Shown here one piece after another: positions 26,616-35,979 of a stretch of DNA of 64,000 bases. Position numbers and translations under genes: made by a program. The stretch lies in the sequence record OP079919.1. One strand, 5' to 3'. How positions within the stretch are numbered: the first letter of the stretch is position 1; each line of letters starts with the position of its first letter. The notes beneath the pieces were generated by a model, which saw only the letters and a program-made list of their open reading frames with translations, did not search any database and was not told where the DNA came from.

Positions 26616-28628
26616 ATGTCCGACAATCAAAATGGCAACAACTGGGAACAAACCGTCCTGAACACCGCTGCTGGTAAAGGAGAGCCGATCGTCTCTGCTT
26701 CTGCCGAGAATTTCGGTTCTCAGCTGCTCGGTCTGCTCGGCCAGGCTTCTCTTCTGGGTTCTTCCAAGAACGTGCCGGAAGTAGAAGAAACCGCGGCTCT
26801 GATCAAGAAACGCGTAACCGATCTGAAAAACGGTACGCCGGGCGAAACCCAGAAGAAGATCCTGCCGGAAGTGAACATCATCACCAAACCGATCATCTCT
26901 GCACTGCCGGGCATCGTCCTCTCCCTGCACATGAACAACAACCCTGCGGTATACGTCATGCCGGTGCTGTTCTCTAACCGTCATCTGACCAATACCCTGG
27001 AAGAGATCCAGATCGACAACGGCGTTAACCAACAGCGCAAAATGTCCATGCCGTTTACCCCGGATTCCTACGCTCGTGCTGATCTGTTCGAACAGATCAA
27101 AATGCACTACAAAGCGATGCTCCAGGATAAAGGTGTGAGCGAATGCGTGATCATCAACGTGATGGTTATCGACCTGGAACAGATCGTTGGTGACGATGTC
27201 CTGAATCAGGGCAAATCGCCGCTGCTGCGTGATGAAATCATGCGTAGCTGGGAACAGGGTCTGATGGTACAGATCGCGAAAATCGCAGCCAACCAGCCGA
27301 AAGCTTCTCTGCCTTCTCCGTTCTCTGCGACCGGTGGCAAAGCCTATGGTCAGCACGGTAATGCGATTGCTCGCGTTGAACCGATCCGCGGTCAGTATGT
27401 TAACGAAGGTCTGCTGTCTCCGGCGAACCTGACCATCCGCATGCAAACTGCTAACCACAACGGTTATCAGGGTAATGCTGAGCAGTCCCGCGAAATCGTC
27501 AACACCTACGCGACCGTTAGCCTGATGGGTTCTCCGATCCAACAGTTCAACCCGCAGCTGACCGGTAACATTCCGCAGCCGTACCTGCAGACCCCTAACG
27601 GTCGTCCTCAGGGCTACACCCCGCTGCAGCCGGTGGTTATTATGAACCACGCTAAAGCTGGCGAAGTGCTGGGCGATGCGACTGGCCTGTCGACCTACTT
27701 CATGGGTCTGTTCTCTCTGATGGCGACCAACAGCAACTACCTGTTTGCTGAAGCTCTGCGTTCTAAGAACGTAGGTTCTCGTGGCTCCCTGACTGATATG
27801 GAACACCGCATCCGTCAGATGGAAAATGGATTACCTCCGCGCACTAAGGGTACTGAGATGACCGACGCTAAACTGTCGGATATCGATTTCACCACTAACT
27901 GGATTCGCGCCAATATTGGACCTAAAGCAGTCTTTGCTGCTGACCTGATCCAGTTCGGCCCGGATGCGGCGATCTCCAACTTCCTGTTCAACCTCACCTC
28001 CGGTGCGAAAGACTACAGCAAATGCGTGAAAACCGTTATTGCTATCGTCGATTCCATCTCCGGTGATGCGAAAGCCATGTCTGCGGTTATCGCAGAAAAC
28101 CAGGCCAACAACAATGGTAACGGCGGATGGATTCCAGGTAAACCGGTACTGCACGTTTCTAACGCGCTGATCCCGGTCGGTACTGCTGTACTGGATAACA
28201 AACGCATTGCGCTCGGCGAAGTGGACGAGATGTTCCTGTCCAAGCACTACAAAGATCAGATCACCCCGATGAACCAGTACCTGGAAAACATGTACGGGTC
28301 TAACCCGAACGTGCCGGAAAAACTGCGTCGCTATAACCTGCTCATCCAGCTGTCCACCATCTTCTCTGAAGGTGTAAACCTGTTCGGCTTCGCTCGTCGT
28401 TGCTACTGGGATCCGCTGTTCATGGATGCGTTCACTAAAGCGATGAACACCATCGGTTCTCTGCAGGTTACTGGCTCTATGGGTCAGTTCGCTGCTAACG
28501 TTCAAGTCTTCGCTCCTGGCCAGCAGTATATCTCTCAGGCAACTGCTGGTAACTCCGGTGGCGTCGTTCTGGGTAACGGTATGATGCTGGGTGCAGGTGG
28601 CGGTCTGGTGTTTGGCCCGTCCTACTAA
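26616..28628 (+). CDS. chmA: Chimallin, major phage nuclear shell protein
   Basis: 670 aa, strong highly-expressed codon bias, own terminator, directly upstream of the nvRNAP beta' gene as in phiKZ gp54-gp55; flexible G-rich C-tail. Confidence 0.85.
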   Translation: MSDNQNGNNWEQTVLNTAAGKGEPIVSASAENFGSQLLGLLGQASLLGSSKNVPEVEETAALIKKRVTDLKNGTPGETQKKILPEVNIITKPIISALPGIVLSLHMNNNPAVYVMPVLFSNRHLTNTLEEIQIDNGVNQQRKMSMPFTPDSYARADLFEQIKMHYKAMLQDKGVSECVIINVMVIDLEQIVGDDVLNQGKSPLLRDEIMRSWEQGLMVQIAKIAANQPKASLPSPFSATGGKAYGQHGNAIARVEPIRGQYVNEGLLSPANLTIRMQTANHNGYQGNAEQSREIVNTYATVSLMGSPIQQFNPQLTGNIPQPYLQTPNGRPQGYTPLQPVVIMNHAKAGEVLGDATGLSTYFMGLFSLMATNSNYLFAEALRSKNVGSRGSLTDMEHRIRQMENGLPPRTKGTEMTDAKLSDIDFTTNWIRANIGPKAVFAADLIQFGPDAAISNFLFNLTSGAKDYSKCVKTVIAIVDSISGDAKAMSAVIAENQANNNGNGGWIPGKPVLHVSNALIPVGTAVLDNKRIALGEVDEMFLSKHYKDQITPMNQYLENMYGSNPNVPEKLRRYNLLIQLSTIFSEGVNLFGFARRCYWDPLFMDAFTKAMNTIGSLQVTGSMGQFAANVQVFAPGQQYISQATAGNSGGVVLGNGMMLGAGGGLVFGPSY

Positions 28629-28652
28629 GAGTTCGGCTGTAAGCTCACTAAA

Positions 28653-28682
28653 GGAGGAGGCGGAAGCCTCCTCCCTTTTTTA
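28653..28682 (+). terminator. chmA terminator
   Basis: GGAGGAGGC-GGAA-GCCTCCTCC followed by CTTTTTTT. Confidence 0.85.
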
Positions 28683-28714
28683 TGCATTTCATTTTTTGAG
28701 TGAACGGAGACGTT

Positions 28715-30319
28715 ATGGATCAGTACGGTGATCGTATTATTGATGCATTAACAGCGCCTGAATTTTCATCATTGCAACCAGAGGCTCAGTTTAAAACTTA
28801 TGCCGAACAATACGGTGGTGACCTTTCTGACGACAAACGTTTTTATGAACCCCTTTATCCCGACTTCACTGACTATAACCGTTTGCATGATACTGCTAAG
28901 GTCGATCCGGTTTACCTGAACGATTTCGATTTTTGTTTGGAAGAAGACCGAGAACGAATCGCATCTTTGATTCGTATGGACTTCAACACCGACACATTCG
29001 AAACCGTCGCGAGATGTAGTTGTGGGCATTTGAAGGGCAACTATTTATTGGGTCAGAAAAGATCATGTCCCATCTGTCAATCCCTTGTAGAGAAAGTCGT
29101 AGAGACTTCCTTAGATACTAAGGTATGGGTCAGGGTTCCAGAAGGTGTAGTTGGATTTATCAGCCCGGCTTATTACAAAACCTTCTTATCGAAGATCGCG
29201 ACCAATTCTCCAAAGATTGAGATCGTGACTTGGCTCATCGATCCGTCTTATCGTCGGGGAAGCCGAGCTCAGCATACTGAGTCCGGTCGTCGGATGTTGG
29301 CTGAACTCGATAAACTCGGAATAGTGCCCGGGCTTAACAGCTTTATATTGAACGCGGACAGATTCATGGAACACTTCCTTGTTGGTGAAGGAAGAGGTGC
29401 CGTGAGCATGAAGCCGGCTGATGGTAAAAAGCATTTGGATAAGTATTACGAATATCGTCATCTTATCTTCCCGCGCTATTTGTCCGTACCCAATAAACTC
29501 GCCACCATCATCGAGCAAGATGGTAAAGATAAGTACGTTTCTTCAACCCAATTGAAAACCTCGGCAATCTACCAATCTATTGCGGATACGAGGGATTCTA
29601 CTGAGTTTTATAAATGTACGATTAAGGACCTTAAAGAGAACGCTGATATCGTCGGGAAGGCAATAGTTCGATTAGGTAAGCAGAACTCTGATAACTATAA
29701 GAGTCAGCTGTTTGCTAAATCGAGCCTGATACGTAAACACGTAATCGCGGGATCGTTATCTTTATCAGGTCGTGGTGTTATCACGTCAACTACCGGATTG
29801 CATGACGCCGGTGTTGCTAAGATACCTTGGATCATGGCAGTGGCTATGCTGAAGAAACACATCCTGGGATATCTTTACCGTTTAGGGTACAGTCCCCTGA
29901 AAGCTGAAAGTGTAATCAGTACAGCAGCGCACCAAGTCGTCCCGGTTATCGATCAATTCTTTACCAAGCACGAAAAGCAAAAAGACATTGTCTGCATTTT
30001 AGGAAGAAACCCATCAATTCAGTACCTGTCAGCAAAAGCCTTCTTTATGTCGATCAACCGAGATTTAGAAGACGAGTCGATAAACTTACCGATACTCTCG
30101 GTTAAAACCTTTAATGCTGACTTCGATGGCGATACGATGTATTGCTACGTCCTCAGCGATTTGAAAGGCAAAGCCAAAGCGTATGGGTCGTTCGGTCATC
30201 AGTCCATGCTCGATGAAAACGAACCATTTACAATAAGTCGATTTGCTGATCAAACTTCAACGAATTTGATGAACCTCAACAACATGATGAGAGGAACACC
30301 AATCAATGAATGCGGCTGA
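28715..30319 (+). CDS. Non-virion RNA polymerase beta' subunit, N-terminal/catalytic part (phiKZ gp55-like)
   Basis: Zn-binding CSCG...CPIC, GRNP and catalytic NADFDGD motifs in one uninterrupted ORF. Confidence 0.92.
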   Translation: MDQYGDRIIDALTAPEFSSLQPEAQFKTYAEQYGGDLSDDKRFYEPLYPDFTDYNRLHDTAKVDPVYLNDFDFCLEEDRERIASLIRMDFNTDTFETVARCSCGHLKGNYLLGQKRSCPICQSLVEKVVETSLDTKVWVRVPEGVVGFISPAYYKTFLSKIATNSPKIEIVTWLIDPSYRRGSRAQHTESGRRMLAELDKLGIVPGLNSFILNADRFMEHFLVGEGRGAVSMKPADGKKHLDKYYEYRHLIFPRYLSVPNKLATIIEQDGKDKYVSSTQLKTSAIYQSIADTRDSTEFYKCTIKDLKENADIVGKAIVRLGKQNSDNYKSQLFAKSSLIRKHVIAGSLSLSGRGVITSTTGLHDAGVAKIPWIMAVAMLKKHILGYLYRLGYSPLKAESVISTAAHQVVPVIDQFFTKHEKQKDIVCILGRNPSIQYLSAKAFFMSINRDLEDESINLPILSVKTFNADFDGDTMYCYVLSDLKGKAKAYGSFGHQSMLDENEPFTISRFADQTSTNLMNLNNMMRGTPINECG

Positions 30320-30941
30320 CGCGTTTAGCTTTAGTTGTGCCGGCGCTATTGACGAAGGTCGAATGCGTCAGTATGCCGGCTACGTTCAAATGAATTTTGA
30401 TAACGTGAAAGGTATGGGAGGTTGGCTGGCGAAAGAAGCAGAAAAAACGTTAGACCGATTTTCTAACTTCATGAATTCCAGGGCGTGGGAGTTATCCAAA
30501 ATCCTAACGGGGAATGGCGATGGTGAATACGTAGGACGATTTGACATCGGTTATTTAGGTTCCCTCAACGCTCAACAACAAGCTCAGGGATTCATGCGGG
30601 ACTACATCATGGCTAACCCATTGGTTATGCAGATGTATCTTGATGGAGGATTGGAAGGCTACGGTGGTGAGTTCTCCCCGTTCTGTAATGCCGTTGGTAA
30701 GAACAACGTTTTCTATCGTAACGCCACCCATGGTATAGTACAAACTGAAACTAAAGACGATGTTCAGAAAACCTGGTTCAGTCACTTTGGTGATGTGCCG
30801 GGTACAGGAATGTCCTTTAGGGAACAAGCGGACATCATGAGAACTTGGAAAGCGACCAATCACCTGATAGGTTCTCAACTCTTTGATATGACCTCACCAT
30901 CGAATAAAAAGATGAATGAGGATAACGAAGAGGAAACATAA
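30306..30941 (+). CDS. Conserved protein (phiKZ gp59-like by synteny)
   Basis: 211 aa directly after the nvRNAP beta' N gene. Confidence 0.5.
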   Translation: MNAADAFSFSCAGAIDEGRMRQYAGYVQMNFDNVKGMGGWLAKEAEKTLDRFSNFMNSRAWELSKILTGNGDGEYVGRFDIGYLGSLNAQQQAQGFMRDYIMANPLVMQMYLDGGLEGYGGEFSPFCNAVGKNNVFYRNATHGIVQTETKDDVQKTWFSHFGDVPGTGMSFREQADIMRTWKATNHLIGSQLFDMTSPSNKKMNEDNEEET

Positions 30942-30989
30942 ACATTTTTGGGGGGGGGAACTCCCCCATTTAACATCGAGAGTAAACTT

Positions 30990-31352
30990 ATGAATAGCGA
31001 ACAAACCAAACCCATGCATAGTGTTTTTATGCAAATCATCAGTTCCGAAGAAATCGGTAATTTGAAGAATGCCGTTCGGAATACCGAATTCCTTTTAGCC
31101 GAATTAGGCGAATCGGAAGACGGCAAACCACTGGATCCATCCCATCTGATCTTTATTGTAACCGACATGTCTTTTGACGAACACGGAAACTTGATGGGAA
31201 GAGTAACTCCCACCGGCCCATACAAGGACAAGGGACGGGAATGGATTTCGACTAAAAAATATAAAACACCTATTTTTAAGTTTATTCCGAGAGTGGCCAC
31301 GAATAACCGCAATTGGACCTTCATCAATAAACTCGACGTGGTGGTCAAATAA
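30990..31352 (+). CDS. Hypothetical protein
   Basis: In-frame ATG 30990 after a G9/C5 hairpin. Confidence 0.55.
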   Translation: MNSEQTKPMHSVFMQIISSEEIGNLKNAVRNTEFLLAELGESEDGKPLDPSHLIFIVTDMSFDEHGNLMGRVTPTGPYKDKGREWISTKKYKTPIFKFIPRVATNNRNWTFINKLDVVVK

Positions 31353-31714
31353 TGGAAACCACCCGGGATTATACAGCGAAGATCAAATGGCCTTTTGTTG
31401 TTGTGTTTAATCTCAAAGATGGTCCGGAGGAAACTTCCTCCGTGATCATTAAAACCAGGATCCCTTCTGGCGGATATAAGGAATTCCACATCTACTTAAA
31501 AGATTTAATCGACCGTGCTCGTTTAAACGTTCGAGGGTCAATCTCGGATAAAGATTTCTTAACCGATATCAGCGAGTATTTTATTTCGTCTGTTGCTTCT
31601 AAATCAGCGGATAAGAAAACCTTGGCTGAGGCCTGTCGGTCGGTTTTAGAAGGAAACGTGTTTAATCGTAAGATATTCGTTCCCTTTTACGGACTCAGGC
31701 CGAGAGAAGAATAA
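31352..31714 (+). CDS. Hypothetical protein
   Basis: 120 aa, TAATG overlap with the previous gene. Confidence 0.55.
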   Translation: METTRDYTAKIKWPFVVVFNLKDGPEETSSVIIKTRIPSGGYKEFHIYLKDLIDRARLNVRGSISDKDFLTDISEYFISSVASKSADKKTLAEACRSVLEGNVFNRKIFVPFYGLRPREE

Positions 31715-31741
31715 TTGACATGCAGATAATTATACATCGAT

Positions 31742-31755
31742 ATTATCATGGTGTA
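31742..31755 (+). promoter_or_regulatory. Candidate early promoter ATTATCATGGTGTA
   Basis: Exact copy of 9369-9382. Confidence 0.55.
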
Positions 31756-31791
31756 TAAACAAATGAATATTTTATTTATAAGGAATCTATT

Positions 31792-31917
31792 ATGTCGATC
31801 ATCGCCTCTATCGCTATCGTTGTTATTATTACCGCAGTAGTTTACACTCTCACCAAAGATGCCGTGGAAGAAATCTTCCCGGCTCGTAAAGAAATGGCTG
31901 TTCGTAACAAACGTTAA
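31792..31917 (+). CDS. 41-aa single-pass membrane peptide (not in ORF track)
   Basis: TAAGGA SD; MSIIASIAIVVIITAVVYTLTKDAVEEIFPARKEMAVRNKR; preferred codons; own promoter motif and terminator. Confidence 0.75.
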   Translation: MSIIASIAIVVIITAVVYTLTKDAVEEIFPARKEMAVRNKR

Positions 31918-31927
31918 TTTATTGTTA

Positions 31928-31949
31928 CTCCCCTCCTTTCGGAGGGGAG
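31928..31949 (+). terminator. Terminator hairpin
   Basis: CTCCCCTCC-TTTC-GGAGGGGAG. Confidence 0.65.
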
Positions 31950-31972
31950 CCTAACCATGATTATTTTTTTTC

Positions 31973-32380
31973 ATGAGGTTCATGATGACCGGATTTTGCG
32001 TAGCAACAATGTCGACGTTGGGCTTTATTGCCGATGACGTTAAGCTCGCCATGGACAGGCATCTCACTTATTGGTTTGCGTCCAGACGCGATCAAAATAA
32101 GTTAATAGGTGAAGTTGATTCCTTTGAATACCTTTTGATGACCTATCAAGGTAATCGGAGCGCTTTGGTCAGTAATGTTGAAAGCGCGCTCAGGACTTAC
32201 TTCCAGCAGATTTTCAGTACTGTAGAAGTTCAAGTAACTGATACTGATATGCCGGGCGAAACGGAAAACTTTACACTGGTCATGGCGCTTAGAGTCACCC
32301 ATGAAGGTGTTGCTTATGATCTCCAAAACGCCGTTATCGTATCTGGCGCTTCTTATACTCTTCTTCCGAGAGGTAATTAA
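31973..32380 (+). CDS. Conserved protein, possibly a small virion/baseplate component
   Basis: 135 aa (start may be 31982 or 31985); alternating beta-strand C-terminus; assignment inferred only. Confidence 0.45.
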   Translation: MRFMMTGFCVATMSTLGFIADDVKLAMDRHLTYWFASRRDQNKLIGEVDSFEYLLMTYQGNRSALVSNVESALRTYFQQIFSTVEVQVTDTDMPGETENFTLVMALRVTHEGVAYDLQNAVIVSGASYTLLPRGN

Positions 32381-32382
32381 TA

Positions 32383-33144
32383 ATGTCTGATAAAATGCCA
32401 TCCGAACACTACGCGCTTAAATTCTTAGAGGGCGGTACCCCTAAGGTTATCAATGGTAAGCGCTACCTGGAAATGAACGGCGAATTGGTGAACGTCGCCA
32501 CTTCTATTTCAGAGGCGACCTTCGTCAGAGACTGGCTTCTGGGGTTCTCTTTGGGTTACGTTGGAGAGAAGTCTTATTTTGATTTCGCGCGGTGGATGGA
32601 AATCAGTAACGAAGGTCGTTCAGCGGTTATCGTCCATGACAATGAAGACGAAAATAAACCCGTCTTCGTCGTCCCTCCTCTGACCGATACGAAAATGACA
32701 GCTCAGGAAATGGAAGTTCTTCAAGTAGCCGCTGGCGTGATGAGCAATGCTTATGGTGCACAATTCGGCGGATCGACCAGTAGAAGTACCGAGATACTCC
32801 TACAGGGCCTGTCCATTATTCAAAAAGGTCTGCAGTCTGGCGAATACACCATAACTGATCTCGTCCCATCCTTCATCTATGAAAAATACTCGATCAATCC
32901 TCGTGTATTTAAAAAGATGATGCACTGCAAAAATACCTTTGGATTGGACACCAATGATGAAAGCTGGAAAGTATTAGAAGCTTGCTTCAGGGTCATCGAC
33001 GAAGGTAAAGTGTTAAAACAACAACAGTACGACTTCTTAATGGCGATCACGCAAAATACAGCAATCGTCCCTGATCAATGTAAACCTGACAGTAAAAATA
33101 AACAGGAAGATCAATTTACAGAGATCAACCCATTTGAGTGTTAA
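32383..33144 (+). CDS. Conserved hypothetical protein
   Basis: 253 aa, GAGG SD, upstream of the SbcD-like gene. Confidence 0.55.
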   Translation: MSDKMPSEHYALKFLEGGTPKVINGKRYLEMNGELVNVATSISEATFVRDWLLGFSLGYVGEKSYFDFARWMEISNEGRSAVIVHDNEDENKPVFVVPPLTDTKMTAQEMEVLQVAAGVMSNAYGAQFGGSTSRSTEILLQGLSIIQKGLQSGEYTITDLVPSFIYEKYSINPRVFKKMMHCKNTFGLDTNDESWKVLEACFRVIDEGKVLKQQQYDFLMAITQNTAIVPDQCKPDSKNKQEDQFTEINPFEC

Positions 33145-34277
33145 GCATGATTAATTCCCCCAAGAAAATTAGGATGTTGTGGTCAAGTGATCATCACACA
33201 CTTCATGAAGGTACCCCCACAGTTCACATCTTAAGTAACCTGGGGGAATTCTTTTATAAGTACAATTCCCTGGCAGAAACTGACATCGTTGTTTTTGGCG
33301 GTGATTTTTTTCATAAGCTAGTCGATGCTTCTAACAGCTCGATGCGTTTATGTGAATATTGGATTAACAAATTTTTAATTCGGTGTGCTGAAAATAACGT
33401 TGTGGTGAGAGTACTGGAAGGGACGAGTTCTCACGACTGGGAACAACCGGAAATATTCCAAATATTGAGCCCGGATAACCTTGATTTAAAATGGGTTAAA
33501 GAGCTGAGTATTGAACGCATTGAAAAACTGGATATGACCGTGCTTTACGTTCCGGATAACATGGGGGGTAAGAAGCCCGAGGTTATTTGGGATGAGGTCA
33601 TCGATCTTCTAACTAAACATAACCTGGAGAAAGTAGATTTTATCTTTTTCCACGGATCGTTTAAATACCAGTTAGACGAACGTTTCAGTAAACACAGTCA
33701 CGATGAAAAATTGTGGTCAACCATTGTTAACTATTATATCTTTGCCGGGCACATCCACAAACCTTCAGAATGTGGGCCGATTAGATGTTCGGGATCCTTC
33801 GATAGAACGGGTCATTCAGAGGAACATCCTAAGGGCGGATATATCGTTGATTACTTCCCAGACGATAAGAAGTGTACCGCCACCTTTTATGAGAATAAAA
33901 AGGCGCTGCCTTATATCACCCTGAGAATTACACCGGAAACAACAACAGAAGAACTAAATGATAAGCTTGGGTTCCTAATGGATAAGCGATACCCCAAAGC
34001 CAGTCATTTTTGGATTAGAGGAGGGAATCCTCTCGTCGTTAATCCGATCATTCAGTTCTTCAAACAACAGTATCCTCAGTATGACTTTAAGAAAGAAAAC
34101 GTCGTTACTCACGAAGCAGTAATTGACGATGAACTTTATACTGAAGATCTTTATTCTGGTATAACGTTAACGAAAGATAACATCATCCCTTCTCTAATGG
34201 GCTATTTGAATAAGAAGATTTTGTTAGTGGATGAAGAGTTAGATTCCCTAACAAAAACAATGGAGGAGTTTATCTAA
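33138..34277 (+). CDS. sbcD: SbcD/Mre11-like metallophosphoesterase nuclease
   Basis: Calcineurin-like motifs SDHH, GGDFFH, EGTSSHD, FHG, AGHIH, and SGS. Confidence 0.85.
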   Translation: MLSMINSPKKIRMLWSSDHHTLHEGTPTVHILSNLGEFFYKYNSLAETDIVVFGGDFFHKLVDASNSSMRLCEYWINKFLIRCAENNVVVRVLEGTSSHDWEQPEIFQILSPDNLDLKWVKELSIERIEKLDMTVLYVPDNMGGKKPEVIWDEVIDLLTKHNLEKVDFIFFHGSFKYQLDERFSKHSHDEKLWSTIVNYYIFAGHIHKPSECGPIRCSGSFDRTGHSEEHPKGGYIVDYFPDDKKCTATFYENKKALPYITLRITPETTTEELNDKLGFLMDKRYPKASHFWIRGGNPLVVNPIIQFFKQQYPQYDFKKENVVTHEAVIDDELYTEDLYSGITLTKDNIIPSLMGYLNKKILLVDEELDSLTKTMEEFI

Positions 34278-35077
34278 TGAGGGCGTTAGGGGCGTTAAAT
34301 ATCTCGGTAGGGACGTCTTTAGCATTCGAAGGGGCGGCTAAAATACAGTTGCTCCAATCGGACTCCTTACTTATCAATCTACGGACGATAGCACGTAATG
34401 CCAGGGAGGCTTACGATAAAGATGATTCCGACGGAAAGGATGTTGATCTTCTTACAGCAGCGGCAAGCGATGATTTGATAGGTCTTATTAAAACCGTTCA
34501 GGGATGGATGGGACAAAAAACGATCAATCTTATCGTTTATCTTCCTTCTTACAGATCGCTCCCTAAGATTTTTAAAAGGGCGAATCTCTGGGAACCGACA
34601 ACGGATATCCAGAAAGAAAAAGATAGACTTGATACCGCCGTACTGAATAATTTAAAAAAACGGTTCGGGGCTAATATTAAGGAAACGGACGTCAACCTTC
34701 CTGAATTTATAGGGAATGGTTTGATTTTAACGCATCACCCCATTGATCTTGTAATGACAGGAAGTGGAACAAGGTTGCGTTTAATCGAATCCTATACTGG
34801 GACTTTGAAAGGACATTCTCAGTGGTACACAAAATTTTCCGGTGGGGAAAAACTGTTTAACATTCCCCTAAACAAATTAACCATTCAGATATTCGGGGAT
34901 GGACCGGTTAATTTTAAATCGGAAAAAAGTCATAAACTTAAAGACCTAATAAAAGATATCGCTATTAAAGGTAAATGGACCTCGGTAACGACTCTGGACG
35001 CAGTGAGATCTAGTATCAATGTTCACGCTAAAGGATTTGACCGAGATGGGTTATTAATACTTTTAAACGGCGGGTAG
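34277..35077 (+). CDS. Conserved protein (phiKZ gp66-like by synteny)
   Basis: 266 aa, TAATG overlap with the SbcD-like gene. Confidence 0.5.
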   Translation: MRALGALNISVGTSLAFEGAAKIQLLQSDSLLINLRTIARNAREAYDKDDSDGKDVDLLTAAASDDLIGLIKTVQGWMGQKTINLIVYLPSYRSLPKIFKRANLWEPTTDIQKEKDRLDTAVLNNLKKRFGANIKETDVNLPEFIGNGLILTHHPIDLVMTGSGTRLRLIESYTGTLKGHSQWYTKFSGGEKLFNIPLNKLTIQIFGDGPVNFKSEKSHKLKDLIKDIAIKGKWTSVTTLDAVRSSINVHAKGFDRDGLLILLNGG

Positions 35078-35117
35078 CTTTATATTAGCACAAACCCAAT
35101 TTCAAAGGATTTACGTC

Positions 35118-35861
35118 ATGAGTGATTTCAACAACGGTAACAATGGTAACTCCCGTCCCAAAACTCCACTGAACGATTATCGTTACCCGCACCCTAAAAC
35201 CAAAGAACCTCTTCCGGGCGGCAAATACCCTGCGCAAGCGTACTGGGAACTGACCGCCGCTGGTAAGGTCGTTTTCAAAGTACAAGACGGTGTGTTCGGC
35301 GGCGGCGATAACGCGTACAAGAAAAAAGAAATTGAAATGATCGCGTTCGAGCGCAATGCCATCTTCCAGCTTCTGAGAGAAGCAGCGACCGATCCCAATT
35401 TCACCAAATCCCAATACACTGTTCGTGATCGCCAATTCATTCGTGAAGGTGGTCAGGCTAAGATGTCCGACAACCCGATGACCATCGGTGTGTTTACCGT
35501 CATCCGCGATTCGAACGGTGTTGTTCAGCTCGGATTCAGCAAGTCTGATTTCAAAGCTCTGTTCGTTTTCGACAATGCCCGCGAATCCACTCTGGTCGAT
35601 TTTGTCGACGGCGAATTCAAACCAGCTCACGCTCGCATGAGTCGTCTGTATGTCCTCGGTTATCTTTCGGCCGTGGAAGGCTGGCTGAACGCTGCTGAGT
35701 TCTCTCGCTACCAACCGCCTAAACCGAAAAATGGTGGTAACGGTGGCGGCGGTGGCTGGAACAACAATAACGGTGGCAACCGCGGTAATGGCGGCGGTAA
35801 CAGCTGGGGCGGTGGTGGCAACGCACCGGCCGATGACTTCGCGGAAGACATTCCGTTCTAA
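35118..35861 (+). CDS. chmC: Nucleic-acid-binding protein with G/N-rich acidic tail; ChmC (phiKZ gp67) positional homolog
   Basis: SSB-like tail ...GGNGGGGGWNNNNGGNRGNGGG...DDFAEDIPF; two genes before the PicA-like gene; highly-expressed codon bias. Confidence 0.65.
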   Translation: MSDFNNGNNGNSRPKTPLNDYRYPHPKTKEPLPGGKYPAQAYWELTAAGKVVFKVQDGVFGGGDNAYKKKEIEMIAFERNAIFQLLREAATDPNFTKSQYTVRDRQFIREGGQAKMSDNPMTIGVFTVIRDSNGVVQLGFSKSDFKALFVFDNARESTLVDFVDGEFKPAHARMSRLYVLGYLSAVEGWLNAAEFSRYQPPKPKNGGNGGGGGWNNNNGGNRGNGGGNSWGGGGNAPADDFAEDIPF

Positions 35862-35876
35862 ACACAAAGATACTCT

Positions 35877-35900
35877 CTCCTACTCTCTAGGGAGTAGGAG
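35877..35900 (+). terminator. Terminator hairpin
   Basis: CTCCTACTC-TCTAGG-GAGTAGGAG. Confidence 0.65.
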
Positions 35901-35931
35901 ATTACTTTTCGTTATAATTTTTTAGCACTAT

Positions 35932-35945
35932 ATTATTTACTGGTA
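35932..35945 (+). promoter_or_regulatory. Candidate early promoter (ATTAT-TTACT-GGTA)
   Basis: One mismatch to ATTAT-N5-TGTA, followed by AAC as at 9383. Confidence 0.4.
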
Positions 35946-35979
35946 AACCCCGGCTATAAAAATTATTGGGAGTAATAAC

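Noticed and set aside
26610-28505. Long antisense ORFs (398 aa, 224 aa) opposite chimallin, and 260 aa opposite 35118-35861
   Set aside because: Expected shadow of strong RNY codon bias on the sense gene; no SD, and the composition is not protein-like.
30950-30968. G9 homopolymer as a phase-variation tract
   Set aside because: Intergenic if the gene starts at ATG 30990, and it pairs with the following C5 as a hairpin.
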